Positions 55,331-64,000 of a stretch of 64,000 bases of DNA are shown one piece after another. Position numbers and translations under genes: made by a program. The stretch covers positions 70,313-134,312 of the forward strand of contig JAICLE010000001.1 of NCBI GenBank assembly GCA_025927545.1, read 5' to 3'. Positions within the stretch are counted from its first letter, which is position 1. The number at the start of each line of letters is the position of its first letter. Source of the DNA: Gemmatimonadales bacterium. GTDB taxonomy: Bacteria > Gemmatimonadota > Gemmatimonadetes > Gemmatimonadales > GWC2-71-9. The notes beneath the pieces were generated by a model. The model was not told where the DNA came from, ran no database searches, and saw only the letters and a list, made by a program, of their open reading frames with translations.

Positions 55331-57640
55331 TTGCCAACACGGATCGTGGGTCCGCTGCTCCTGCTTGCCCTACTCTCCCCCGGACCTCGGCTGCGCGCCC
55401 AGCAGAGCACCCGGGTCGCCGACTCCTACGCCGATCGGTTCGCCGAGGTGATGGCGCTCGACGCGACGCCGGACGGCGTGGCCGACGTGAGCGGGCTCGT
55501 GCTGCAGCGCGACGTGGCGCGGTTCACCCTCGGCAGCGGCAAGCTCTACCTCCTCAGGCCCATCGGCGGCCGCACGGTGGGCGCACTGTTCCACGGTAGC
55601 GGCACCTTCGCCTTCGCCCCAGGTTCCTCCATCGAGCAGGCTCGGCTCGCCCGATACGAGAAGACGACGGCCATCGAGGCGCCGATCACCGATGTGGTCT
55701 TCCTCTTCGCCGACACCACGCTCGCCGAGCTGCGCGCGAAGCTCACGTTCCACGCCGAAGCGGCGCCTGGCGACGTCCGCACCCGCGTGCGTGAGACATT
55801 GAAGTATCTGGGCGACGAGGACTCGAAGAGCTTCGACCCCGATCTGATGGCCGCACTGCTGAACGGCGACAGCACGGATCTGTTCTATGCCTACGTTCGG
55901 CGCCAGGGGGCGGATCCGCTCATGTTCACCCTCGATCCCTACGAGGTGGAGGCGGTCAGCTTGAGCGGCAAGGCCACCCGGTGGTGGTCGGATGATCGGG
56001 AGGTGCTCTCGCAATTTCCCCGCTCGGGCCGCACACGGGACCCGCAGGTCACCGGCGAGCGCCTCGATCCGGCCGAGATCCGGCGGTACGTCATGAGCAT
56101 CGACCTGCCGCAGCGCGGGATCGGGGAGATCGCCTTTGCCGCCACGGCCAGGGTCGACATCGCGGCTGCCAGCGCGGCCGGTCCATGGGTGCCCTTCGAG
56201 CTGTTCGACAAGCTCGACGTCGATTCGGCCCGCTGGTCGACCGGCGAGCCGGCGGCCGTGTTCAAGGGCAAGGACAGCGGCTTTCTATGGGTCAACCTCG
56301 GGTCTCGCCTCCAGCCCGGGGAGGTGCGGAGCCTGAGCGTGTCCTATCACGGAGACCTGATCGACCGCATCGTCGACTTTTTCCGGATCAAGACCTCGGT
56401 CGCGTGGTACCCGCTCTCCCTCGACGGGCGCACGCTGGCCACCTTCGATCTCACCTTTCACACCCCGGACGCCTATCTCCTCGCGAGCGTCGGCGACCGG
56501 GTGGATTCCAGCCAGGCCGGCCGGATGATCACCACCCGCTGGGTGACGCCCGGCCCGATCCGGAACGCCTCCTTCAATCTCGGGCTCTTCAAGGACTACA
56601 CCGTCGCCGAGCCGGGCGTTCCGCCCGTCACCGTCATGGTCTCCGAGGAGGCGCACAAGAAGATCTCGCGGTTCCACCAGAAGAACATGCGGCAGGTGGT
56701 CGGGGGTGACGTCACCCGCAGCCTGCAGTTCTTCCAGGACGTGTACGGGCCGACCAAGCTGAAGCACTTCTACGCCACCGAGATTCCCGAATTCCACGGC
56801 GAGGCGTTCCCGGGGATGCTGCACCTGTCGTGGGTCACCTTCCAGCAGACCGATGATCAGGGCACCGACGAGGTGTTCCGCGCGCACGAGGTGGCGCACC
56901 AGTGGTGGGGCATCGGCGTGGACTACATGACCTACCACGACCGGTGGCTGAGCGAGGGCTTCGCCGAGTTCTCGGGGCTGTGGTACATGCAGACCGTGCG
57001 GCACAGCAACGACAAGTACTTCAACCTGCTGCGGCAGTACCGGAGCTCCATCTGGCTCCGCCGGGACGTGCCGGGCCCGATCGCGCTCGGCCACCGGGTG
57101 CAGTCATCCAGGGATCATGACGTCGACGATTACGGGACGATCGTGTACAAGAAGGGCGCCTGGGTGGTGCACATGCTCCGCATCATGATGCTCGACCTGA
57201 AGACCATGAGCGAGGAGCCGTTCAAGGAGACGATGCGCGACTTCTACGCGAGCTACGAGGGCAAGCGGGCCTCGACCGCCGACTTCCGCCGGGTAGTCGA
57301 GCGCCACATGGGGCTCGACATGGGCTGGTTCTTCGACCAGTGGGTCAACGGGACCGCGCTCCCGACCTATCGTGTGGCCTGGCGCTCGGAGCCGATGCCG
57401 GACGGCCAATACCGCGTCCGCCTCCAGGTGGGACAGGAAGGCGTCCCGGCCGACTTCCTCATGTACGTACCGGTGACTCTCGATCTCGGCAAGGACCGGG
57501 TGGCGCGCCTCCGCGTAAAGGTCACGGGGGCGCAGTCCGAGATCGTGCTGCCGCCCATGCCGGCGGCTCCGAAGGCGGTCAAGTTCAACGATTTCGAGGG
57601 AGTACTGGCCGACGTCAAGGTGGTGGACTGGAAAAAGTGA
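55331..57640 (+). CDS. M1 family metallopeptidase (aminopeptidase N-like), secreted
   Basis: HEVAHQWWG...[12 protein letters not shown] start at 55331, 6 nt after AGGAGG, gives signal peptide [25 protein letters not shown]. The ORF opens at 55202. Confidence 0.85.
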   Translation: MPTRIVGPLLLLALLSPGPRLRAQQSTRVADSYADRFAEVMALDATPDGVADVSGLVLQRDVARFTLGSGKLYLLRPIGGRTVGALFHGSGTFAFAPGSSIEQARLARYEKTTAIEAPITDVVFLFADTTLAELRAKLTFHAEAAPGDVRTRVRETLKYLGDEDSKSFDPDLMAALLNGDSTDLFYAYVRRQGADPLMFTLDPYEVEAVSLSGKATRWWSDDREVLSQFPRSGRTRDPQVTGERLDPAEIRRYVMSIDLPQRGIGEIAFAATARVDIAAASAAGPWVPFELFDKLDVDSARWSTGEPAAVFKGKDSGFLWVNLGSRLQPGEVRSLSVSYHGDLIDRIVDFFRIKTSVAWYPLSLDGRTLATFDLTFHTPDAYLLASVGDRVDSSQAGRMITTRWVTPGPIRNASFNLGLFKDYTVAEPGVPPVTVMVSEEAHKKISRFHQKNMRQVVGGDVTRSLQFFQDVYGPTKLKHFYATEIPEFHGEAFPGMLHLSWVTFQQTDDQGTDEVFRAHEVAHQWWGIGVDYMTYHDRWLSEGFAEFSGLWYMQTVRHSNDKYFNLLRQYRSSIWLRRDVPGPIALGHRVQSSRDHDVDDYGTIVYKKGAWVVHMLRIMMLDLKTMSEEPFKETMRDFYASYEGKRASTADFRRVVERHMGLDMGWFFDQWVNGTALPTYRVAWRSEPMPDGQYRVRLQVGQEGVPADFLMYVPVTLDLGKDRVARLRVKVTGAQSEIVLPPMPAAPKAVKFNDFEGVLADVKVVDWKK

Positions 57641-57693
57641 CTATCTTTCGGTCGTTCACGGCGCCCGCCCGCGACCCTCCTCCCCCGAGTGCG

Positions 57694-59820
57694 ATGGCCA
57701 CACGAACTTCCCCCCGTGCCCGAGCCTCCGCCAGGCTGGAGAAGGCGGACCTGCTCGACATGTACCGCGTCATGCTGCTGGCGCGTCGGATCGACGACAA
57801 GGAGATCCAGCTCAAGCGGCAGAACAAGATCTTCTTCCAGATCTCGGGCGCCGGGCACGAGGGTGTGCTCGTCGCCGCGGCACGGGTGCTCCGCCCCGCC
57901 TACGACTGGTTCTATACCTACTATCGTGACCGGGCGCTCTGCCTTGGCCTCGGCATGACGGCCACCGAGCAGCTTCTCTCCGCCGTGGGCGCTGCCGACG
58001 ACCCCAATTCCGGCGGCCGCCAGATGCCCTCGCACTGGGGGCACAAGGCGCTCAACATCGTCAGCGCGTCGAGCCCCACCGGCACCCAGTTCCTCCAGGC
58101 GGTCGGCTGCGCCGAAGCGTGGCTTCGGTCCTCACGCATTCCCGCCATCGGGGAGCGCGAGGCGCTGGCGCACGCCGATGAGGTCGTCCTCTGCACCGCG
58201 GGCGAGGGCACCACGAGCGAAGGGGAGTTCTGGGAGGCGATCAACTCCGCCACCAACCTGAAGCTTCCGGTCGTCTTCCTGATCGAGGACAACGGGTACG
58301 CCATCTCCGTCCCGGTCGAGGTGAACACCGCGGGCGGGTCCATCTCGCGCCTGCTCACCGGGTTCCCGGGACTGCTCATCCAGGAGGTGGACGGCTGCGA
58401 TGTGCTCGCCTCCTACGACGTGCTCGCCAGGGCGGTGGACTATGCCCGTGCCCGGAAGGGCCCGGCGCTGGTCCACGCCAGCGTCATCCGCCCCTACAGC
58501 CATTCGCTCTCCGATGACGAGGTGCACTACCGGCCGCCGGCCGAGCGGCAGGCCGACGCCGAGCGCGACCCGCTGCACCGATTCCCGGCCTACCTGCTGG
58601 AGCAGGGGATCGCGACCCAGCCGGAGCTCGACCGGATCGCGGAAGAGGTCGCGGAGGAGGTACGGGTGGCCGCCGAGACCGCGCTCGCTTCGCCCCAGCC
58701 GGCCACGAGCACGATCGACGATTACGTATACTCGCCCGACGTGGACCCGACGTCGGAGCAGTTCGACACCGAGGACGACCCCCGCTTCGCCGGCGACCCG
58801 ACCACCATGGTGGACCTGCTCAACGTCTGTCTGCGGGACGAGATGGCACGGGACCCACGGATCATCGTCTTCGGTGAGGACGTGGCGGACTGCAGCCGCG
58901 AGGCCAACCTGCCGGACGTGAAGGGCAAGGGCGGCGTCTTCAAGGTGACCTGGGGATTGCAGCGCGCATTCGGGAACGACCGGGTGTACAACTCGCCGCT
59001 GGCGGAGGCCAACATCATCGGCCGCGCCATCGGCCTGGCCACGCGCGGGCTCAAGCCGGTGGTCGAGATCCAGTTCTTCGATTACATCTGGCCGGCGTAC
59101 ATGCAGCTCCGGAACGAGCTGGCGCTCATGCGGTGGCGCTCCAACAACGCGTTCTCGGCGCCGGTCGTGGTCCGGGTCACATATGGCGGCTACCTGAAGG
59201 GCGGGTCGGTGTACCACTCGCAGACCGGAGCGGCCGTGTTCACCGGCGTACCGGGTCTCCGGGTGGTCTGCCCCGCGACCGCGCTCGACGCGAACGGTCT
59301 GCTCCGTACCGCGATTCGCTGCGACGATCCGGTGATGTTCCTCGAGCACAAGCACCTCTACCGCCAGACCTACAACAAGGCGCCCAACCCGGGGCCCAAT
59401 TTCATGATCCCGCTGGGCAAGGCCAAGGTGGTGCGGCCGGGGACCGACCTCACGGTGGTGACCTACGGCGCACTGGTGCAGCGGGCCATCTGGGCGGCCA
59501 AGCGCGCCGAAGAGCTGCATGGGATCAGCGCCGAGATCGTGGACCTCCGCTCGCTCTCGCCCGTCGATTGGGAGACGATCGGGGAGTCGGTGCGGAAGAC
59601 CAACCGCTTGATCGTGGCCTACGAGGACTCGCTCTCATGGGGCTACGGCGCCGAGATCGCGGCGCGGGTGGCGGACGAGATGTTCTCGTGGCTCGACGCG
59701 CCCGTCCGCCGGGTGGCCTCGACGGATACTTTCGTCGCCTACGCCCCCGAGCTCGAGGACGTCATCCTGCCACAGGTCGACGATCTGGAGCAGGCGATGG
59801 TGGAAATAGCGGGATTTTAG
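57694..59820 (+). CDS. fused alpha/beta E1 component of a TPP-dependent 2-oxoacid dehydrogenase
   Basis: Alpha half ([30 protein letters not shown]) and beta half (VFGEDVAD...[30 protein letters not shown]) in a single 708-aa ORF. Confidence 0.85.
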   Translation: MATRTSPRARASARLEKADLLDMYRVMLLARRIDDKEIQLKRQNKIFFQISGAGHEGVLVAAARVLRPAYDWFYTYYRDRALCLGLGMTATEQLLSAVGAADDPNSGGRQMPSHWGHKALNIVSASSPTGTQFLQAVGCAEAWLRSSRIPAIGEREALAHADEVVLCTAGEGTTSEGEFWEAINSATNLKLPVVFLIEDNGYAISVPVEVNTAGGSISRLLTGFPGLLIQEVDGCDVLASYDVLARAVDYARARKGPALVHASVIRPYSHSLSDDEVHYRPPAERQADAERDPLHRFPAYLLEQGIATQPELDRIAEEVAEEVRVAAETALASPQPATSTIDDYVYSPDVDPTSEQFDTEDDPRFAGDPTTMVDLLNVCLRDEMARDPRIIVFGEDVADCSREANLPDVKGKGGVFKVTWGLQRAFGNDRVYNSPLAEANIIGRAIGLATRGLKPVVEIQFFDYIWPAYMQLRNELALMRWRSNNAFSAPVVVRVTYGGYLKGGSVYHSQTGAAVFTGVPGLRVVCPATALDANGLLRTAIRCDDPVMFLEHKHLYRQTYNKAPNPGPNFMIPLGKAKVVRPGTDLTVVTYGALVQRAIWAAKRAEELHGISAEIVDLRSLSPVDWETIGESVRKTNRLIVAYEDSLSWGYGAEIAARVADEMFSWLDAPVRRVASTDTFVAYAPELEDVILPQVDDLEQAMVEIAGF

Positions 59821-59834
59821 GGAAGCTGTGATCC

Positions 59835-60392
59835 CTAGTCTGTCGAGTCTGCTGCGTCGGCGGCGTCCGCCTCGTCCGATGCCTTCTCGCTCGGCATCTG
59901 CGCTTCCATCTCCTTGCTCATGCGGTTGATCTCCGCCTCGTTTGCTCGGAAGAACTCGAGGTTCGCCCGGCTCACTCCCGTGACCTTCACCACCGAGTCG
60001 GGCGACAGTTTCATCTGCTTCATCAGGCCGTAGGACATTCCCGCCTGCAGGAACGCCCCCTGCGCCAGCGCGAGCTCACGCGGCGTCATGCCGGCCTTGG
60101 TGATGGCCGCCTTGACTGACGGCGCCGAGTTGTAGCGGGCTGTGAGCTGGTCGATCGACAGGTCGCCGGAGTTCTCCAGCGCGGGGCCAAGGCTCGGATC
60201 CGCCTGCGCCGCCTTGCCCAGGTTCAGCATGGCGTTCATGAACTGCCGGTACTTCGGCATCGTGAACGTATAGGCGCTGATCGCTTTCAGGTCCTTGTCA
60301 CCCTGGCCCTGGGCGGCAGCCGTCGAGGCGAGGAGGCAGGGTACCGCCAGTGCCAGGGCAAGCGCGCGGGCGCGCGCGGCGAAATACGGCAT
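59835..60392 (-). CDS. hypothetical secreted protein with acidic C-terminal tail
   Basis: GGAG RBS, signal peptide ALALALAVPCLLASTAAAQG, helical body, and tail EKASDEADAADAADSTD. It lies 44 nt downstream of the kinase on the same strand. Confidence 0.6.
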   Translation of the reverse strand: MPYFAARARALALALAVPCLLASTAAAQGQGDKDLKAISAYTFTMPKYRQFMNAMLNLGKAAQADPSLGPALENSGDLSIDQLTARYNSAPSVKAAITKAGMTPRELALAQGAFLQAGMSYGLMKQMKLSPDSVVKVTGVSRANLEFFRANEAEINRMSKEMEAQMPSEKASDEADAADAADSTD

Positions 60393-60436
60393 CGTCGACT
60401 CCGAATATGGTTGATTAAGGAGGTGCGGCTGGAAAG

Positions 60437-62305
60437 CTATGGGCGCATTGCCTCGCGGATCTCCCCGGCCGCGGCGATCGCGATGTCCACGTCGCGCGAT
60501 AGCGCCTTGGCCTGCTGCGTGGCCTGGGTAAGATCCCCGAGTACGGCCGCCACCCCCGCCGAGCGGAGCCGGAGCAGGTCGAACCGCACGTTCTGCATGG
60601 CCAGCACGCACGACTCGAGATGGCCCGCGACCTGGCTCCGCCGGCTCCGCAGCTCGACCATCGTCTGCCGCTGACGCTCGAGCAGGTTGAGCCGCCGGCC
60701 GCGCTCCGCGTCGTCCGCCTCCCGGGAGAGCGCCGCGATCCGCTCCTCCACCTGGGCCAGGTCCTCTCCGCCCAGATTGCTGTCGATCGCGTGCAGCGTC
60801 CGGGCGGCGTCGGTGGCACGCTCGTACAGGCCGTTGACCGTCTGCTGAATGTCGGGCAGCAGCTTGCGCTCCGAGGCCGGCAGTCGGTCCATCAGCTTGA
60901 GGATCGCCAGGCGGTCGCCCTGCATCTGCCTGATGGCGCCGACCTGTATCCCGAACTCCTCGGACCTGGGCGGTGGGAGTTGCCGTGCCAGCGCCGACGA
61001 GCCTTTCACCATGGTGGTCTCGACCGCGTCGGGCGCGGGCGGGCGCGTCAGGACGTCGCGCCAGCTATAGCCCGCCTGCCAGAGCTGGGCGTAGCTCCGC
61101 AGCAACCCGATGCCCATGCCGAAGGTCGGGAAGAGAAACCAGGGGTGCTGGAGGCCCGTGGCCGCGTTGATGCCCATGCAGCCGAGAGACACGGCGGCCC
61201 AGCTCGCGAATTGCCCCCGCACCCGCTGGACGATCCGCGGCTCGCCGGTGTCGGGGATGGCCAATTCGTCGGGCCGGCGGCCGCGGTAGTCGCGGGGCCG
61301 GCGCTCGCCGCGCGCTGCCGGCATCGGCCCGGGCGCGGGACGGCGCTCGCGTTCGGCGGGGCCGGCCCCCCCGGCCAGCGGTCGCCGGGTGGCCGGGCTG
61401 GGGCGCTGGCCCCGGAAAGAGGTGCCGGTGGGCCGGTAACCGCTCACGCTGCGGCTCTCGAGCGACCGGCGAAGCGCATCGGCGCTGGGCCACCGGTTTT
61501 CCGGATCCTTCTCCAGGCAGCGGCTCACCGCGAGCGCCAGGTCCTCCGGCACGTCGGCGCGCCGGGTGCGGATGTCCGGTGCCGGCTCGGTGATCTGCTT
61601 CATGAGGATTCCGGCCACCGTCGGCGCGGAGAACGGGAGCTCGCCGGTCAGCATCTGGAAGCTCACGACTCCGAGGCTGTATACGTCCGAGTGGCCGTCG
61701 ATCTCCCGCTCCCCGGCGGCCTGCTCGGGGCTCATGAACGCGGGGGTGCCGATCGCCACGCCGGCACCGGTGAGCGTCGCGCCCGAAGTGGACGAGAGCG
61801 CCTTGGCGATCCCGAAGTCGGTCACCATCACCCGGCCCCGGGTGCCCTCGAGCAGGATGTTGTCGGGCTTGATGTCCCGGTGGATGATCGAGAGCGCGTG
61901 CGCGGCGCTGAGCGCGTCGGCGGCCTCCCGCATGATCCGCCGGGTCTCCTCGATCGGGAGCTTGCCCCGTCGTTTGATTCGCGCGGCGACCGACTCACCG
62001 TCCACGTAGCCCATGACGAAGTACACCAGACCGCCGCCCTCGCCGACGGAGTGGATCGGAACGATGTTGGGGTGGGAGAGCCGGGCCGCGGTCTGCGCCT
62101 CGCGCGTGAACCTCTCCCGGATGTCCTTCTGGAACGCCAGTTCAGGCGGGAGCACCTTGATGGCGACGCGGCGCTGGAGACGCTCATCCCGCGCCCGGTA
62201 CACCACGCCCATGCCGCCGCGCCCAATTTCCCCCTCCAGCGTGTAGGCCGTCCCCAGCGCCTCGGCAAGGCGCGCGGGAAGCGGTCTATCGGCGGAGTCG
62301 GTCAT
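60437..62305 (-). CDS. Ser/Thr protein kinase with Pro/Arg linker, two TM helices and a long C-terminal coiled-coil domain
   Basis: GRGGMGVVYRA, HRDIKPDNILL, DFGIA. TM pair WAAVSLGCMGINAATGL / WFLFPTFGMGIGLL. Helical C-terminus follows. Start at ATG 62305. Confidence 0.9.
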   Translation of the reverse strand: MTDSADRPLPARLAEALGTAYTLEGEIGRGGMGVVYRARDERLQRRVAIKVLPPELAFQKDIRERFTREAQTAARLSHPNIVPIHSVGEGGGLVYFVMGYVDGESVAARIKRRGKLPIEETRRIMREAADALSAAHALSIIHRDIKPDNILLEGTRGRVMVTDFGIAKALSSTSGATLTGAGVAIGTPAFMSPEQAAGEREIDGHSDVYSLGVVSFQMLTGELPFSAPTVAGILMKQITEPAPDIRTRRADVPEDLALAVSRCLEKDPENRWPSADALRRSLESRSVSGYRPTGTSFRGQRPSPATRRPLAGGAGPAERERRPAPGPMPAARGERRPRDYRGRRPDELAIPDTGEPRIVQRVRGQFASWAAVSLGCMGINAATGLQHPWFLFPTFGMGIGLLRSYAQLWQAGYSWRDVLTRPPAPDAVETTMVKGSSALARQLPPPRSEEFGIQVGAIRQMQGDRLAILKLMDRLPASERKLLPDIQQTVNGLYERATDAARTLHAIDSNLGGEDLAQVEERIAALSREADDAERGRRLNLLERQRQTMVELRSRRSQVAGHLESCVLAMQNVRFDLLRLRSAGVAAVLGDLTQATQQAKALSRDVDIAIAAAGEIREAMRP

Positions 62306-62681
62306 GGCTGGCCCAGCCGCTGGCGGGCGGCGGAGCAGGCAGTGGCGCGAGAAAATGTCGGTGGGCCGCCAATCATGGCAGACAATCTGTACCCGTGCCG
62401 CGCGAGCGGCAACTAAAATCGCGGGCTCGAGACTCACCGCCCCGTCGGCGTAACCGGCAGGTCGCTCGTCCCCGCGGCCATATTGGCAGCGATTTCCTAG
62501 GAATTCCGGCAGCTCCTGTCGACCCGATCCCCGGCGGGAAACCGAACCGAACGATAAGTTGTTATGTGGCAAGCCCGGACACAATCAGTGACGGTGGCAC
62601 GGTCGGTGCGAAACTGCCCCGATCTTTTGCCGATTCGTCTTTTACCCCGTTAGAACGGGGACTTGGAAGGAGTAGTTTCGA

Positions 62682-64000
62682 ATGGCCGAACGTTTGACTC
62701 TGCCTGTGCTGCCACTGCGCGAGGTCGTGCTCTTTCCCGGAGTGACCGCGCCGATCGGCGCCGGCCGCCCGGCCACGCTACGCGCCATCGAGGCTGCGCT
62801 GGCAACGCCGGAGCGCCTGGTATTTGCGGTGTCGCAGCGCCAGAACGTGGAAAGCGTCAACCCGGATGTGCTTTACACCATCGGCACGATCGCCAAGATC
62901 GGGCAGCTCCAGCGCGGGCTCTCGGGCATGCAGTTGCTCCTTCACGGGGAGCGGCGCGGCATCGCCATCCACTATACGGACAAAGAGGGGTACCTCCAGG
63001 CCATCGTGCGTGAGGCCGAGGAGATGCTGCCTCTCAACCCCGAAGACTCGGCGTTCGTGGCTCTGCACCGTGAGGCGCGGGCCCGGGCGGCGGAGCTCGG
63101 GCAGAAGTCCGGCCTGCCGGATGAAGTGGTGCAGCAGGTCCTCGCCGGGGTGAACGAGGCCGGGCGGTTCGCCGACCTGGTGGCCGGCTACATCGACATC
63201 ACCCCATCCCAGCGGCAGGCGCTGCTCGAGACGCTCAGCGTCGAGGAGCGGCTCCGTCGCGTGCTGGTCCACGTGCAGCGCCAGATCGGTGTGCTCGACG
63301 CTCAGGAGGACATCAAGTCGCAGGTCCAGGAGGAACTGGGGGAGCGGCAGCGCGAGATGTTCCTGCGCGAGCAGCTCAAGACCATCCAGCGCGAGCTGGG
63401 TGAGGGCGACGAGCGCGATGACCTGCAGGAGCTTCGGGAGAAGCTCGAGGCCCTCGACCTCCCGGCCGAGGCGCGGAAGGAAGTCGATCGCGAGCTCAAC
63501 CGCTTGACTCGCATCGGGCGCGAGTCGATGGAGAGCCAGGTCATCCGCACGTTCCTGGAAAACATCGTCGAGCTGCCCTGGAACGTCCGCAGCAAGGAGC
63601 ACCTCGAGCTGGCCGAGGCGCAGCGGATCCTCGACGAGGACCACTACGCGCTGGGTGACGTCAAGGATCGAGTGCTCGAGTTTCTCGCCGTTCGCCAGCT
63701 CCGCATGCAGCAGGACGCGGCGGAGGCTGCGGCCGAGAATGGCGAGGCAAAGGCGGATGAGGTGGAAGCGGGCGAGTCCACCGATACGCCAGCGGCCACC
63801 GCCACGGTCCCGCCGCCCAACGTTCCGATCAAGGGGAACGATGACGATCGCGCCCGCGGGCCGATCCTGCTGTTCGTGGGCCCGCCGGGTGTCGGCAAGA
63901 CCTCGGTGGCCAAGAGCATCGCCCGGGCGATGGGGCGGAAGTACGTCCGCATCTCACTCGGCGGCGCGCGTGACGAGGCCGACATCCGCGGCCACCGGCG
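62682..64000 (+). CDS. lon: ATP-dependent Lon protease, 3' end outside window
   Basis: Translated by hand because it is not in the ORF track (no stop in window). GGAAGGAG RBS. MAERLTLPVLPLREVVLFPGVTAPI is the LON N-domain. Then LREQLKTIQRELGE, and Walker A GPILLFVGPPGVGKTS near 63880. Confidence 0.9.
   Translation, partial: MAERLTLPVLPLREVVLFPGVTAPIGAGRPATLRAIEAALATPERLVFAVSQRQNVESVNPDVLYTIGTIAKIGQLQRGLSGMQLLLHGERRGIAIHYTDKEGYLQAIVREAEEMLPLNPEDSAFVALHREARARAAELGQKSGLPDEVVQQVLAGVNEAGRFADLVAGYIDITPSQRQALLETLSVEERLRRVLVHVQRQIGVLDAQEDIKSQVQEELGERQREMFLREQLKTIQRELGEGDERDDLQELREKLEALDLPAEARKEVDRELNRLTRIGRESMESQVIRTFLENIVELPWNVRSKEHLELAEAQRILDEDHYALGDVKDRVLEFLAVRQLRMQQDAAEAAAENGEAKADEVEAGESTDTPAATATVPPPNVPIKGNDDDRARGPILLFVGPPGVGKTSVAKSIARAMGRKYVRISLGGARDEADIRGHR

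Noticed and set aside
60620-62416. 598-aa plus-strand ORF
   Set aside because: It is the antisense shadow of the Ser/Thr kinase gene.

Overview
This is a very GC-rich bacterial chromosomal segment. Third codon positions are almost all G/C, so long antisense 'shadow' ORFs are everywhere in the six-frame track. All calls were made by eye from the ORF track and the sequence, and no searches were run. Gene content (two M61 peptidases, an M1 peptidase, a SusC/SusD pair, TPR-type Ser/Thr kinases, a Kgd/OdhA-type fused 2-oxoglutarate dehydrogenase, several cupredoxins) suggests a Gemmatimonadota/Acidobacteriota-like soil organism; that taxon is inference only. I support about 55 protein genes, one tRNA-Cys(GCA), one clear rho-independent terminator, one MerR-type long-spacer promoter and a few short repeats. 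I saw no rRNA, CRISPR array, transposase, integrase or phage genes. Most of the window is housekeeping: transketolase/transaldolase, fadIJ, glpD, kgd, lon, rsgA, gluQ, PPIase, proline dehydrogenase. The best candidate for an undescribed system is at 770-7206. It is a translationally coupled operon headed by a CueR-like MerR regulator and a MerR-type promoter, encoding a stand-alone ScdA_N (DUF542) domain, an Mrp/ApbC Fe-S carrier, a 12-TM His-rich membrane protein with a three-fold internal repeat, and three DUF2249-type modules plus DUF1858. It is flanked by a membrane-anchored cytochrome c'-like protein, a Cys-less Crp/Fnr regulator and a DUF59 Fe-S assembly protein, and is followed by tRNA-Cys and a Met/His-rich envelope protein coupled to a CopB-type (CPH) P-type ATPase. 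Secondary observations: a dynamin-like GTPase coupled to a membrane rhodanese lacking its catalytic Cys; an orphan FRG-domain gene and an orphan HNH gene; a short hairpin repeat present twice; a likely CTG-initiated transketolase; a CAZyme-less SusC/SusD locus; a bacterial topoisomerase IB; and a 376-nt structured region upstream of lon.
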